Below are positions 25,490-40,700 of a stretch of 64,000 nucleotides of DNA, one piece after another. Positions within the stretch are counted from its first letter, which is position 1; each line of letters begins with the position of its first letter. The position numbers were made by a program, and so were the translations under genes. Origin of the DNA: Mytilus edulis (Eukaryota). The notes under the pieces were generated by a model. It was not told where the DNA came from. It worked only from the letters and a program-made list of their open reading frames with translations, and did no database searches. The DNA lies in assembly GCF_963676685.1 (NCBI RefSeq), contig NC_092348.1, positions 64,976,001 through 65,040,000 of the forward strand. The letters are read 5' to 3'.

Positions 25490-26090
25490 TTGATTCACTT
25501 ATAGGGTCTTTGCATCGGAACTAAACACATTTATTTAAAAACCAGTTGTTGGCATGACACGGGTTATGTTCTTCTCATATATGTTATGATGGTATGATAC
25601 TAAACCCCTCATGGGAAGGATTGTGCCTGATATTCATATGATGAAGACATAATCTTTCAATCAGTTTAATTGAAGTCTGGAGCTGGCATGTCAGTTAACT
25701 GCTTCTCTTGAACTGAATTTTAATGTGCGTACTGTTATGCGTTTACTTTTCTGCATTGGCTAGAGGTATAGGAGGAGGGTTGAGATCTCATAAACATGTT
25801 AAACCCCGCCGCATTTTTGCGCCTGTCCCAAGTCAGGAGCCTCTGGCCTTTGTTAGTCTTGTATTATTTTTAATTTTAGTTTCTTGTGTACAATTTGGAG
25901 TTTAGTATGGCGTTCATTATCACTGAACTAGTGAATATATATTTGTTTAGGGGCCAGCTGAAGGACGCCTCCGGGTGCGGGAATTTCTCGCTGCATTGAC
26001 GACCTATTGGTGACCTTCTGCTGTTGTCTTCTCTATGGTCGGGTTGTTGTCTCTTTGACTCATTCCCCATTTCCATTCTTAATTTTATAG
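25490..26090 (+). mobile_element. Interspersed repeat family (further copies at about 18675-18817 and reversed at about 63045-63370)
   Basis: Shared gaaggacgcctccgggtgcgggaatttctcgctgcattga...ctatggtcgggttgttgtctctttgac.cattccccatttccatt. Source of the recurring MEMGNVSKRQQPDH pseudo-ORFs. Confidence 0.75.
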
Positions 26091-26849
26091 ATTTATTGTA
26101 AAAATAACCCATTCTGAGTGTGATTTATATGCAAAATATAAATATTCATCGTATACACAAGCCAAAGCTTTCAACTTCCATACCAAAACAATAGACAAAG
26201 TATGATAACTAAAATTCTCTTATGGTTGGGGTCTGTTTTTCTACTTCTTCTCTTTATTTCCTACATACATTAGTTTATCATGTTCAAATCTCACAGATCG
26301 ACCGAGAAGACAAAGACAGATGTCATATCAAGGGAAAAAAGACGGATAGGAAAAAGTATTTATACAAAGGACCAAAGACGGGTACACGGTTCTGCCATCT
26401 TATAAAGTTAAGTAAACTGGACCTTGGTGGCCACGTGGTAAAAGTATTTACATCATCAATCATTCAACATGGATGTTGTGAATATGATCTCCACTTCTGC
26501 AAGTTTGTTCGGTTCTAGTTGACTATGATTACCAGTTATTCCGAAGTTCGATGGTTTTCTTTCTTGCTTTCTTCACTATCAAAAACTAACCACCATGATA
26601 TATGAGTGTGCTTAAACTGCTGTTTTAAAACTAACCATACATTTATTTGTCATTTCGTATTACTAGTAGATTGGTCATCTATTCTAATTCAAGTGGCACT
26701 GTTTAGTATTGTGTAGTCATAATGTTAGACAGACTTACCGAATCATTAGTCGGACTGATAAACAATTGCACTGCAGTAGCAGGAACCACGCTACATCAAT
26801 TTGTCAATGTTGACACAGAAATGTTTCTCGTCTGTATCTTGTTTTAATA

Positions 26850-28026
26850 TACTAGTCAACAAAAGAAACGATACACAACCTTTTTTTCGAATTCAAGATG
26901 AAGTTTGCATGTTTACGACCAATATTGAAGATGGTAATACCGAATGACCACGGAACTATAAGTGTAATACCTCCATTGCTTTCCCCTATTAGTCTTTGTT
27001 AAGTTTGAACTTTTCAAAAAAATGTGTAGAAATCATCTTTGTCTCAAATAAAGAAATACTTTTCATGAGTAAAGTTTTATCCTGTCCAGTACTATAGAAA
27101 AAAATTCACATAACATTTCATTGCATATAAGAAAATAACCATCACTGGAAATTAATAAATCAAATTTCTCCCTTTATTTTATCTGTGTACAAGGTTTTGT
27201 CACCATGTAATCTAAAGATTACAAAATGTTCTATAGAAATCCCCTCTAAAAAAATTACCTACAACTGTCAAATTCAAGGGAATTTTTTTTCGACCTATTT
27301 TCGTATGCAACCGAATGTGACGTACCATGATTTGGTGGTTTTACACCTAAAAATCCTTTTACAAAAAACCCATTTTTTTTTGTTTCCATGACGTCATTGG
27401 GCGAAATTAACAAAAACGACAATTTTAAAAACAGAAGTTCTAACTAATGATGACAACCTCTCATTAACAAGTAAAGACAATGTTTGCCATCAATTTTTCT
27501 TTAAAAATCATACACTTTATTCGTTTATTTGTAATGCGAAATTCGGCCCCATTAGAAATCGGTAAAATATATACATTATCCTTTCATTTACTATATACAG
27601 TATACGTACAGTGAAATTCAAATACACGGTTTCAACCTTAAAACTTATCCGAAAGGTTCCAAATTTACAGTGTGGTGTTTTCATATATAAAGAATTGACA
27701 AATAAACAATATTTCAAACCATAATTTACAACATGGACATAACTTGATTTACCATATTGCATATTTTTGAACAAATTTGAATTTTTGTTATTACTTTGAA
27801 AACTGTGTGTCGATTTGAATTGAATTTTCCGCAAAAAATATTTGAATCCTGTGATCATTTGCGCGGAATTTAGTTTCTTTCCGGCAGGTTTTGATTTTCA
27901 TAATCATATGCACATATATGGCCTATCACAAGTTTCCAAAATAGTGCACCTCATTTTGTTTTACATTAAATGCTTTTTGATCATTTTGATTCAAAAGTCG
28001 TGTATCGGTTCTTTTGTTGACTAGTA
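26850..28026. mobile_element. Tc1/mariner-type MITE, about 1.18 kb, between the two convergent paralogs
   Basis: TIRs tactagtcaacaaaagaaacgatacacaac / gtcgtgtatcggttcttttgttgactagta, each flanked by TA. Confidence 0.8.
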
Positions 28027-28750
28027 TAGTATATTAGTATTGCAAATGTTGAAATTTAAATAACAACACGCAGCTATGCGAATGTTGAAAGCGATATACT
28101 AAAAACGATACACCTGCATGCGAAATAACATTGACTTATCGTAAAGGGTTAATCTTGGTGTTTCCCTCAGACTGAAGTAATCACATAAACTAAACATTTA
28201 ACTATGCAAACGTGTATTGTAATAATGTCTATAGAGTATGACCGATAAAGCGGGACAAAAGTTTAATCCCGCTGCAAATGTTTGCTCCTGTCCTAAGTCA
28301 GGAATCAGATGTACAGTTGTTGTCGTATGTTTATGTAGTTCATACTTGTTTTTCCCTTTTATATAGATTAGACTGTTGATTTTCCCGTTTGAATAGTTTT
28401 AAACTAGTAATTTTTGGGCCCTTAATAGCTTGCTGTTCGGTGTGAGCCAAGGCTCCGTGTCGAAGGCAGTACCATGACCTGTAATGGTTTACCTTTATAG
28501 ATTGTTACTTGGATGGAGAGTTGTCTTATTGGCACTCATACCACATCTTCTTATATCTATTTATTGACGCCGCTGAATAAATTGCCCCAAAATCCGGAAA
28601 CATCACGCTTCTGACAGATACAAAATCAAACAAATCATTTAAAGATTGTTTGAAAGAAACAATACGTCTTTAACTAAGACCATTCTCAATGAACATAAAA
28701 AAGAACATTTTGATTACGGATTTTCTTTTTATGGATTATGAAAACATATG

Positions 28751-31700
28751 TCATACATATTGAACTGCTTGAAGATACAAATTTGATTCGCTTCTCTCTA
28801 TACTCTCGTTTAACACATGTTCATTTCCTGTCGTTGAGACTGACGAAAATTTGTCATTCAATTCGTCAATATATGTTTGAAATCTCTTGTCAGTGTATGG
28901 ATGTGGTGGTTTGAATTGTCTATTTTCTACGTCTTCTTTTCTCCTCCATATTGTCGATTGGTGTTGTGGTAAGTTTGGTGCACTACTAGTTTTAGATGTT
29001 GGATTGTGATTTATTAAAGAACCGACCTGTCTTTGTAAACGTACAGATCCTTGAAAAGGTAACACAGGGGAAAGAACTGGTTGGCTTTTAACATGATGAC
29101 TGCCTAACGATTGTCTTTCTAGTTCCACAAAAGTAGGTTGAGATCGAGGTGCTGTATTACTATGGAGATTGTGCATTAATTGATTCTGTGAAGTATGACT
29201 AAAGGATCCCTTGAAATCTCTTGTTAGATTTTCCAAACTGGGAAATCTTTGAGGCAATGAAAATTCTGTTTTTCCAATAGTCGACGAGTCGCTTTGGCGA
29301 CGATAACTCGACGATCTTCTTCCACTGCGTGTATAAACGGTTGGACCTCTTGATAAGGTAAATCCTGATGACTCGTCATGCCTGTTAGCAGTAGCTGATT
29401 GATCAGATACAGCAGGTTGAAATGAGTGTTCATTTATTGGTTGATCTGTCTTTTTGGAACGAAGAGGTATTTCAGGTCTTGGAGTGTCATAATCAGCGAC
29501 TTCAGTATCTAGTTGTTTATCGAAAAGTGTATGGTCTATATCTAAGAGAGGATCCCTACAAAATAAAATAAACTACTTTGATAAATACATCTTTTAAAAT
29601 CGATAGAAATTGTAGTTAAGCTAGAAACTTGATTGTTTGAGGGAGTTTCATTGGGGGTTCTTATCCCGGATCCCGCTTACTGTTTAGTCATATTCCTGTA
29701 TCCCGCTTACGCTATGAACGTAATCAATTCTCTTTTTTTTTAATTTCCCGTGTCCCGCTAGAATTCATTTCCCGTTTTCACGGCACAATAATTTGACTTT
29801 CACGTGTTGTGCTTACAAAAATCGGTAATCCCGTCTCACGCTGAGACCCCAATGAGATCCACTTGGAGATATCAACTTATCTTTTCTAACAGCAACATGT
29901 ATAACTAACTTTTGAACAGATATATCATGTTAAGGAGGGGTAATTGCGAAAAATACCAGTCGAGAGAATGTTAAATTTCGCGAGCCGTAAGGCGAGGGAA
30001 ATTCATTCTCAAGACTGGTATTTTTAGTAAATACCCCTCAACAACAACCTATATCTGTTTAATTACACCGAATGTTAACGTGCAAAACGCATTGATAATC
30101 GTGTCATTACAAGCGTCCAGTTGAACAGAGTATTTTTTGATTAATACCATAGAAGAGAGGGTAAAAAATGCATATCCTTTTTGCCCGCGTCTTACTGTCC
30201 CGATTTTTACGCCGATGGCAACACGATTATGGAAATTTTCAAAATCGGGACTGATCGTATCCAGATCGGGCTATTCGTAGTGCCATCTTTAACCATCGTA
30301 GAACCATCGGCCACTTTTTCTAGCCTTTGGGGACAACTTCGGGAAGGGTTCTAAATTTTTTAACATGTTAAAAAATCCCCGAAGGTGCGTCCGATGTTGA
30401 GGGTTCGTATTGAGTTCGTATCACCTTCCTCACCATCGTAATGTCACCGGGAATGCATCTTTGAACATCGTATTGCATTCGTGTTTCCATCGTTTCCATC
30501 GGGCAGTTTTGACATTACGATGTCTACACGAATGAATCACGAAGCTACCCGAAGGTCTTACGATGGCAACACGACTTCGTGAAGACCTCGTAATCCCGTC
30601 GTGTTGCCATCGAATAAAAGTACGAAGGCGACAAGATGGAACTACGACGGCAATAAATCCAGCTAAATGTAAATGTAAGTTAATTTTCGCGCTAAAATAC
30701 ATTTAAAGTACCATGCGCGATATGCACTGGTCAGTCTAATACGACAGTTAAGAAAGACGTTAACAAAACATGCAGCTCATATCATATGATTCTATGAGAA
30801 CAAGAAAGGCGACAGCGTTGTTTCTATTAATTCAAATGGAACAAGAAGAGCAGCTATTACAGGCTCAGGATTTACTTTTAGAAGTAAAATATTATTTTTT
30901 GTCAATTTTTCATATCAAGTAACATAATGAAAATCTTAAACGCGCCTCGTACACCAACACTGCAGGTACACGTATATAGGGAAACCAACTTTTTCTTCAT
31001 TATTCTGATTTTTTATGTATCGTCTGAGTTGTTGTCACACGAATGTTTACTCCATAACCATTATGTTTTTTATATGTCATATTTTGCCGCATTTGTTGCT
31101 TTCCCCACATCCTTCCTTTTGTCTATATTATTATGATATTCTCCTGGAAAGAGCTCTTTTTGAATAAAAGGGATCAACGAACCCATTACCTTACCTTTAA
31201 GATAGATCAGTAAACATGGACATAATTATGGGTGATTATTCAGACTAGTGCACACTTTTTGCAGTTCAAACAAGGCAATGCCGAGCGTGGCATCCGCTCG
31301 TATGTAACATATTGGGGACAAATATGGACACTATATTTGTATATGACACATGCAGAAAATGGTAAATTGAATATGCATATGCGATACATAAACTATTTTT
31401 TTTTAGAAATCAACCAAAACATTCAGTAACTGGAAATACCTTTAATATTGTCTTTAGAACCAGCAGGTAAAAAAATGAGCAACCAATTTCCTGTGTATTA
31501 TGCTATTTTAAGAAGAAAAAACAAGTCCATCTGCATGACCTTGACCTTTGGCCTTGAACGTAAAGAATGTCAGATCATTACAATGAGGAACAATCTACCA
31601 AATGTGGTTAAAATCTTTTGAAGCATATTGGTTTTAGAGTGTTCACAAGGGTTATATTGCCTTGTATTACAACTACCACTGTGACCTTGACCTTTGAACT

Positions 31701-34700
31701 TTAAAGTCAATAGCGCTTAAGATATTCTAAACGAGTAACACCATACCAAGTTTTGAGCATTTTGGTTCTAGAGTGTCCATAACAATTTTATCTACACGCA
31801 ACTTACATGTAGTAGGCGAGGGGATAATAAACTAAGTTTTATAAGAATTAGACAAAAAGATCGATTTCCCGACATGCATGGCAGACTTGTACAGAAACGA
31901 TATGTTGTCGAAATTCTGTTCGTATCATAAAAAGTTCAAAACAGGTAGAACGCATTTTTAGATCGTTTGTATACTTGTATTATGTACATACATGTATTTT
32001 ACCAGATTTTGGTGGCATTATATGCAGAGACTCAGAGTCAAGTTTTACCCTTCAAGCCCACGGTCTTCCGTCTTATGATTAAACGAGAAATGAAATGTAC
32101 AATATAATATATATTCAATATTGATCAAACAATTTAAAACGCGTGATGCCATCGGTATATAATTAAAATGCATCGTAAGCTGTACACGACGTCTTTTAGA
32201 CATCGTATGGCCATCGCGCCATCATTGTAATCCATCGTGTAGCCTTCGTAATCCATCGTGTAGCCTTCGTGATCCATCGTGTAGGCTTCGGCTGAGATAT
32301 GAAGCTTAAATACCCGTCTTCGGTTAACCTTCGTATGTCCATCTTTTGCTATCGTATATAATTTCGGCACCATCGTATAGACTTCGTTATTCATCGTACT
32401 TGCTTCGGTCACTTTTTGGTATTTTAACGAGATCGGGGACGACTTCGTACGAACTTACAATGTTCGCATTCGGGTGTCCATCGTATATAAAAATCGGGAC
32501 AGTGTGACGCGGGCATTTCGCATATACCCCAGCGCTGTTGAAAAATGAACGATATTCATTTGATAAAAGTAAATTGGTGAAAAATATACTGGCCACCAGC
32601 CAATCAAAACCCAGAATTCTTGAATAAGGTGTAATTATATTTACTGTAAACAGTCTGAAATATCGTATTATATATCACGAATCCTTGTAAGCGCAGTTTA
32701 CTTGGCATTTAAGTAATAATGCGTAAGTAGGTGATAAGTTAAAAGTTGAAAATGAATATTCTAACTAAAACATTGAGCCAAATTTAATAATATAGTTAAG
32801 TTTTCATATGGGCTAAGTTCGGATGGAACTAGAGTTCTGACTAGAGTTCCATATGAACGGTAAATAATTTTGAAGAGTAAGGTCTCTAGATAACCGGAAG
32901 TACAAGGCCCCTACTCTGAATATGTTTACATTCAAATTTGATTGGATTGACGTCATAACATCCGGGATATCGAGTCGATCTCTAGGAACCCTGCCACAAC
33001 CAAGAGTTCCTCGAGTGTTAATGGCGGGAAAGCTATATCCAATCATAACAGGTGTTATATATGACCATATCAATTCCATCTACTCTAGATATCCATCCGA
33101 ACTTGGCCATATATTTTCCTTGTTTACCATGTATTTATTCACGGCGTCTTTTTATCAGAGTTTTATATTATCAGAAACAAAATTGTAATCAAGTTATGAA
33201 TATACGAAGATTTGGAGTACACCAACCTCATACCACAAAATATTTTGAATAATCATTTACTTACCCCATTTGGCGTGAAATAATATTTTTAAGCCACAGG
33301 GCAGATGGTCTCTGTGTCCTATCCCGATCCCAACACTTAAGTAATATTCCATACAACCAATCAGGGCATAATTTCGGTCTTGGTGGTACTGCTCCATTAT
33401 ATAAAACATCTAGAAGCTGGAATAATAATTGGCAAATTGAAAATATAGAAACACATACTGTTCTTACTTAAAATATGAATAAAAATAATGTTTTAACTAA
33501 GAAAAAATATTTTTGTTTTATGTTATGATTCTTACTTTGATATTTATTCTATTACGAAGTATATCATCTAAACAGTAAAATCACAAAATACTGAACTCAG
33601 AGGAATGTTCAAAAAGGAAAGTCTATAATCAAATGGTACAATCAAAAGATCAAACACATCAAACGAATTGATAACAACTGTCACATTCCTAACTTGGAAC
33701 AGGCATTTTCTTATGTAGAAAATGGTGGATTGAACCTGGTTTTAAAGCTAGCTTAACCTCTCGCTTGTATGACGGTTGCCTCCAAAACCATTATATTGAC
33801 AACGATACGTAAACAAAACAAACAGACACAATAAATCTGTTTAGTTCAAAATAAAAAAAATAATCTTTCAAGTCAAAATGTAGATGTAATGTATTAAAAA
33901 AAACCGCCATAGATGACTTGACTATGCTTCTTAATTTCTATTTTTTACGACATACAAAAACATGTATCTCTTATTTTTCTGGAAATTATCAAGCCCACAG
34001 CGTTTTTTTTGTGTTGAAAACATTTCGTATTTTATTCGCTTTTAAAATTTTAAATATTCTGTCAACAATTATTTTGACAGGTACCACTTTGAAAACACCA
34101 ACACCAATATTTTAGATTTAAGAAAACATATAGTCGAAATCACAAGATAGAGGACAGCTAATAGGATAATAACCTTCTATACATTTTAAGATATATCATC
34201 GTTAATATTTTCTCAGATCGGACTCAATACGAACTTTGGTCTTTTTCGTTTTTTGGCGTGGCGTTGTCAGTTTATTTTTAACTTATGAGTTTTAATGTCC
34301 CTTTGGTATATACCGCATCCTTTCTTTTTATATGGAATGGATATACGGAGAAAGATAGTATAGTAACTGACAGAATACATACTCAGTCCAGTTTGTGAGG
34401 GGAATTGACCTGTCTATGATTTATATATTTCAGTAATTAAATTATTTATCATTAACTGTTTTTTGCACTTCTCCAAGACTGTTTTTTTTATTGTACCTCA
34501 GTCTTAGCTTTGGAGTATATTATTCAATATAACTGAAATCATCATTGATACCAGGCTCAATGAATGTATCTGTAATATTTTTGATTTATCTTTTACTGAC
34601 AGAAATATAAATCTACATAAATGAATTTTTAGTAAAACTAACCACATCACTTTCAACGTAAGCAAATGGAGCACAGTTGAGTTGATCAGCCATTGGGTCC

Positions 34701-37700
34701 TGGCTATGTATATTTAATGCAGTGTAGAACTCATATACAGTCATTGCAAAACGATAGACATCACTTTCGTATGAATATTGTCCATGCTGAAGAACTTCAA
34801 TTGGATTCCTATTCATGATAAAGTTCATCACGTGATAGTTTGCATAATACAACAGATAAATTATTCTACATAGCTCAGCTTATTAATGGCAGCAACATTG
34901 AGATAAAAGTATGTTACAAACGTGAGGATTTCAACTTTTCAATTGTCAAATTGTATTTTTTTAAGTATTATAACATAACAATAACCCCATCGTATGAAGG
35001 AAATTAACATACATGTATATCACTTGTTACGTTACGAACGACGTGTCTTGTTCTAATGACACTAGGGCCATGTTTCTGCGGTCCTAGTTCTTTAGACACC
35101 AGAATAGTCTTCTGATCTTTCATTTTACCAAATGTTTCCTATTCTCCAACTGTAGGAGTAGGTCCGGTAAGGGCCAATTTCGGCCTCAATTTTCAAGTTC
35201 ATCTAACGAAAGATTGTAGAAACTTTCTAAACACTTAAGTGTCTATTTCAATTGATTCAATTAGTTAATGGGGAAGATTTTAACTTAATAAGTCATTTAA
35301 AACGCCCCGATTCAAGCTTAAATATAAAAAATCTATCAAATATGCCAAAAATCGTCACTTTTCAGATGGTTTTTGTCACAAATGAAAGTGGCCGCATCCG
35401 TGTTCATCCTCAACCTTTATATATATTATGTATTATCATCAAATACAACTTACATTTCAATATTATGAATGAACACGAATGCGGCCACTTTCATTTCAGA
35501 CGGAAACCGTCTAAAATTTAACTAAATTGCTACAATTGTGAAGATTTCAGTAATTTAGCATGACTTAATGATGCTAGTACCCGATATATGTGCATTGTTT
35601 TGTCAAAAACAGCACATATTTATGTAGCAGAAGCATTCTACCTTGCAATAAATATCTAAACGATTCTATTTTCACAATTTTCTAAAACTGTTATATTTTG
35701 AGGCCAAAAAGGGGTCTTACTGAACCTACTCCTTTGGCCAGGTGATAATTTACATGGCGGATGATGCGTGTATAGCAGGAGGCGCTGTTGGCTAACCAGG
35801 TATCACTCAACTTGGATTCTTTTTGAGGGCATTAATTGTGTATTTTTTAATCGATTTGTAATATTTGAACTCGATAAAATACTATTCTAAATATCATGAT
35901 AGTTGATAACATAAAAACACATATTTTTGAGAAATTATCTTATTCATTAACACTGTCAACTTTCAAACCTTTTTTTTTAAATTTATGCTTTTAAATGTAT
36001 TTTTGTTATCTTTATAAACCTGTTATTAAATAATTTATTATCTCTTTTGAAAAAAAATAATACTAATTAGGTAAGAACGATATATTTTCGAATACAGAAC
36101 GGAAAAACAACCGTATTCACCCATATTTGTGTCGTTCTGAAATTTTTTACTTGAAGTGAATTACAGTAATTTTTGTTCATGAATGTACGTAGTTATTTAG
36201 AAATTATAAAGCAAGTGCATAACTCACCATCTTCTCCTGTCTTGATACATAGATCCAAGTAAACAATCCTCAATTCCATCAGATTCTTCAAAGTATAACA
36301 CTCTTCCAATTCTTGGCAAAAATACCTTTGAAGATTAGAAGAAACTCTCATACTCATTTTTTATAATAAAACTTTTTGAGAAGATCAAGAATGTATTATC
36401 TAGGCTTTTTTATTTTGTTCCTTTTTTTTTGGTCATAAAACTGTTCTAGTATTGAAGTTTTAATGCACCCTTGAATGATGATTTTAAAGTTTACGCGTTC
36501 CATATCCAGTCAAACCATGAAAAACGCTGATTGACATTCTAAAGTGTATTTCTTTTCTTTATAACATCAATATATGCGCTAGAAAAATCAAAGAGGTAAC
36601 AAGTGTAATGATGGTTTGGTTTTTACTTAAATGTCTCTTAAAATTGTTATATTTTGACATTAGAATATTTAAACAATAGTGTTAAGTGTAAAACAAGAGG
36701 GGTTTTATTCAATCTATAAAAAAACACGCTAATATCTACATCGTAAAATACGTAAAATACCAAAATTTAGTTACCTGTTTTGTGTCGTCAGAAACATATA
36801 AATGTTCAGCACAAAGATCTCCTAAAATGAAATGTCGGCGATGCATTTCGGAAATAAAATGCGCAATTTTGACAACTATGTGAATGAAATCGTCTTGGGT
36901 TGATGCTGGATTTCCATGGCGATGTTTAAAAGGATGTGTAAACGCAAATTCCAATAGGTTATTTCCTCTGATTGTCCTGTATTTCTGCAAGATTTATGAG
37001 GAAATATTATTCTTCAAACGACATGCTGATGAATCCTCAGTAAAAATCGTGCTGTTTTTGACATGCTGCTAGTAATACATGTACTTTTCTCAAAACTTAT
37101 CTACTTGTAATATTAAACATATGTCATTTCATTTTCGCTTTTACCTTTGAAATATAAATACATCTTATAATACTTATAGAATTGTTGACCAACGATTAAA
37201 AACTTTTGATGTTCATTTTTTTTTTATTCAAGTTTTGATACATACTTAAAAGATTGACTATTTTTCGTTATGATTAGTTATTCATAATATAAGACCAACA
37301 CCGTACAATATAATTGAATAACCTACCAAATAAAATGGAAAATTTTGTTCCTGCATTCTTTGGCCTGTTTGTGATAAATGCCTTTCCGGGGAATCATATA
37401 AACACATTACTTCTTTATAAGTTTCTTCGTCAATATTAGGTAAAATCCGAAGAAATTTCAATGTTACTGGTTCTCGTATGTCTAGAAATCCAAACTAGAA
37501 AGAATATTGTCAGTTATTTAGATAGAATTATAATTGTTTTTTTATTTCGGAATATTGCAAATTTGATGATTTGTCACGGCAAATTGATTTGTTTTCAGTC
37601 GGTTTTTTTAAATATATATATATATTCATTTAGGTTAAAGTTTAGATTACAAAGAAATTTCTATAAATCTTATTTTATTTATATTTTCTCGGTTCTTAAA

Positions 37701-40700
37701 TATGAAAGATAAATCTGCCACTGTCCAATTTCACCCCCTTTTTAATTTGTGTCTTTTTTCTTTGCTTTATCAAGATTATTTATTGAATAGAAAAACATAT
37801 AGAAAGATTATGTACAACATAGGGAAATATAGTTCGCTCTCTTCTATTTTCACATACAAAAGGTCGATTAACAAAAATATTAACTAGACTAAGTTCTTTC
37901 ATTTCTTCTTAGTAAACAATGACAATAGGGTAACCAAATTTCTAAAATATGTTGGTGCATGTTTCTATAAGGAACAATTAAGTAAATACATTATTATCAT
38001 TATCAGTTTTAACTTTTGGCTGTCAAAAGTAAATGAGGATAATTAAAAAGAAGGTTTCATACTTGGAAAATTTAAACTAAATAATACTCTGAAAAAGGTG
38101 CTAGTATAATGACTGAAACATATTTTTGAAAAAATGAAGGAACATTCTCATTTTGATGATCAGATTTTTATACAAATAAGAAAATCTAGTATGATTGCTA
38201 ATGAGACAACTCTCCATTCAGGTCACAATGGTCAAGGTACAAATGTAAGTAGATATAGGCTTTTATCAATGAGCAGAACTCGTACCACGTGGTAAGCTAT
38301 AAAAGGCAAAAAAAATGGCTTATGTTCAAGTGGTTTACTCCCTCAGTGTTTGAAATGAATATCCGTTTGAACCAATAACTTGTATAACTGTTTTAAAACG
38401 ATCACTTAAGGTACAATTCAATATTAAAACTGTTAGCACTGTCACTTACTGTCATTTATTGTAAGAATTGTTAGAAAAAATATCAGACATAACATGTACA
38501 AAAGTTACCCTTTTGAGGATTCTAGGTTTATCTTGTGCTGTTAAATCAAGGGGACTGATAGCTAGGCTGTTACTATGCAATCTCTGACTAAGTCGGGTAT
38601 TCACATACGTATGTCCTGATATTTTCGTTGCATCTAATATAAAGAAATGAACTATAAAACTAGTAAATACATAAAAGGACAAACCTAAAAGTTGTCACAA
38701 AAAAGCAATAAGAGAGAGAAACAATCGAGAGAGATGACACCTGGATGCTTTTTTCTCAAATCTCCCATTTGTTTACAGTTTGCAGACGAAATCCACCTTC
38801 TCTCAACCCATATATTCCACATCCCCAAATGTTATAACCTGGGTTCCATGTTAATCAGTCTTTAGTTTTAGATATTGTTTGATGTAAACTGTTGTTTGTC
38901 TGTTTGTTTTATTTTCTTTTTTTCATGGCGTTGTCAGTTTATTTTTTCCTTAAGAGTTTGAATGACACTTTGATCGGACGCCATCACGAGTTGGTTGACC
39001 GTTATGGAATAACCGTTTCACAAATGATATCGGATATGTTCCTTACGTCGTAACTACAATCCCCTTCCCGTTCATGAATGTGACCTACCGAATTAGACTA
39101 TTTACCGGAATTGTAATCACATAAGCAACACGACGGGTACCACATGTGGAGCAGGATCTGCTTATCCTTCCGGAGCACATGAGATCACCCCTAGTTTTTG
39201 GTGGGGTTCGTGTTGTTTATTCTTTAGTTTTCTATGCTGTGTCATGTTTACTATTGTTTTTCTGTTTGTCTTTTTCATTTTTTAAGCCATGGCGTTGTCA
39301 GTTTGTTTTTGATTTATGAGTTTGACTGTCCCTTTGGTATCTTTCGTCCCTCTTTTGATATCTTTGTCCTCTCTGAAGTTATTGGCTTATTATAAAAAAT
39401 CGACACTAGACATAAAAAGAATTAATATAACAACAATAGATACAAAGGACTAATGAAAGAGTACTCGCATTAAATGAAAGCTGATTCAAAGCCAATTACA
39501 ACAAAAAAATAAATCATGTTTTCATGGTCATTTTTGTTTCTGATGTAAAATTACCATTAATAAAAACAAACTGGTTGTTCGAACATTTCACAAACCGAAG
39601 ATACTATTTGTTTTTCTTTATGACGTATACAAACTATAAATGAGGTTAGTTTTTTATAAAATGAAATTCGTTGTTTAGTATTACAGCGTAAAAGCAGAAT
39701 AGTTTATTATGGCGTTAAACACCGATTTCCATACTTACTACTTGATCCACCGTGAATACATTTCAGCTGATAAATCAGTTTTGGTACTTCCTAGGGAAAA
39801 AGATCACAGTTAAATAAGGTATTTGGTGCATCATTAATTAACTGTAATGTAACGGTACCCAAATTGCACCGAGTACCCAAATTGCACCTATTTAGCAAAA
39901 ATAGCAGCGGAAATCTTACAAGATATCCTAGAGACTAAACCATTTGTATTTTTATGATTTGATACTATGCACATCTTTCAACATAGCTAAAAATATTTAG
40001 ACATGCACAAAACATTCACAGTATTTATCAACAGATGAAGTGTTTACTGAAAAAGCAAAATGTACTGAAACGTCGCCATGCGACGTCATCAAAACGTCAT
40101 CTTTTTAAAATGAGCAAATACAATATATTACAAGTATCATTTTTTTTAATAAAGAGTAAGCAGGGACTTATATCCAATTGTTCAAAATATTTGAAGAAAT
40201 TAAACAAAAGCTCTGTTATAAGACTTTTGACGATGCAATTTAAGCATAGATGCAATTTGGGTACTCCTCATTTCAGAATCATTGATGGTTTGGAGGTCAG
40301 TTTAGACCAATTTTTCACATGGATTAAAATCAAATTGGTGTACCAATATAATAAAGAAGGATATGGCTACAAAATAAACACAGAATGGACATTTTTGTCT
40401 TTATCATAAAAAAATGTAGGTGAAAAAACTGTCAAAATAGGTGCAAATTGGGTACCGTCACGTTAGAAACCTTAACGTACGTACTAATATATATCTGAAT
40501 TTTTCAACATTCTAAGGATGTTCTTTCCCATGAGTACATTATCATAGCTGTATTGGGCAAAAACCTTTCGATTTTTTTTTCAGACGAGACATATCTTATA
40601 AAAGAATTTCCTTCTATACATCGATCATTAAATTTAGAAAACACTTTGTAAATGATAAAAAAAATCATAGTCGAAATTGGTCAATCTGAAGGGTTGAACG

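Noticed and set aside
32813-33252. Overlapping ORFs as an extra exon or retroelement gene
   Set aside because: They lie mostly within a TIR-bounded MITE, and the flanking exons already join in phase 2.
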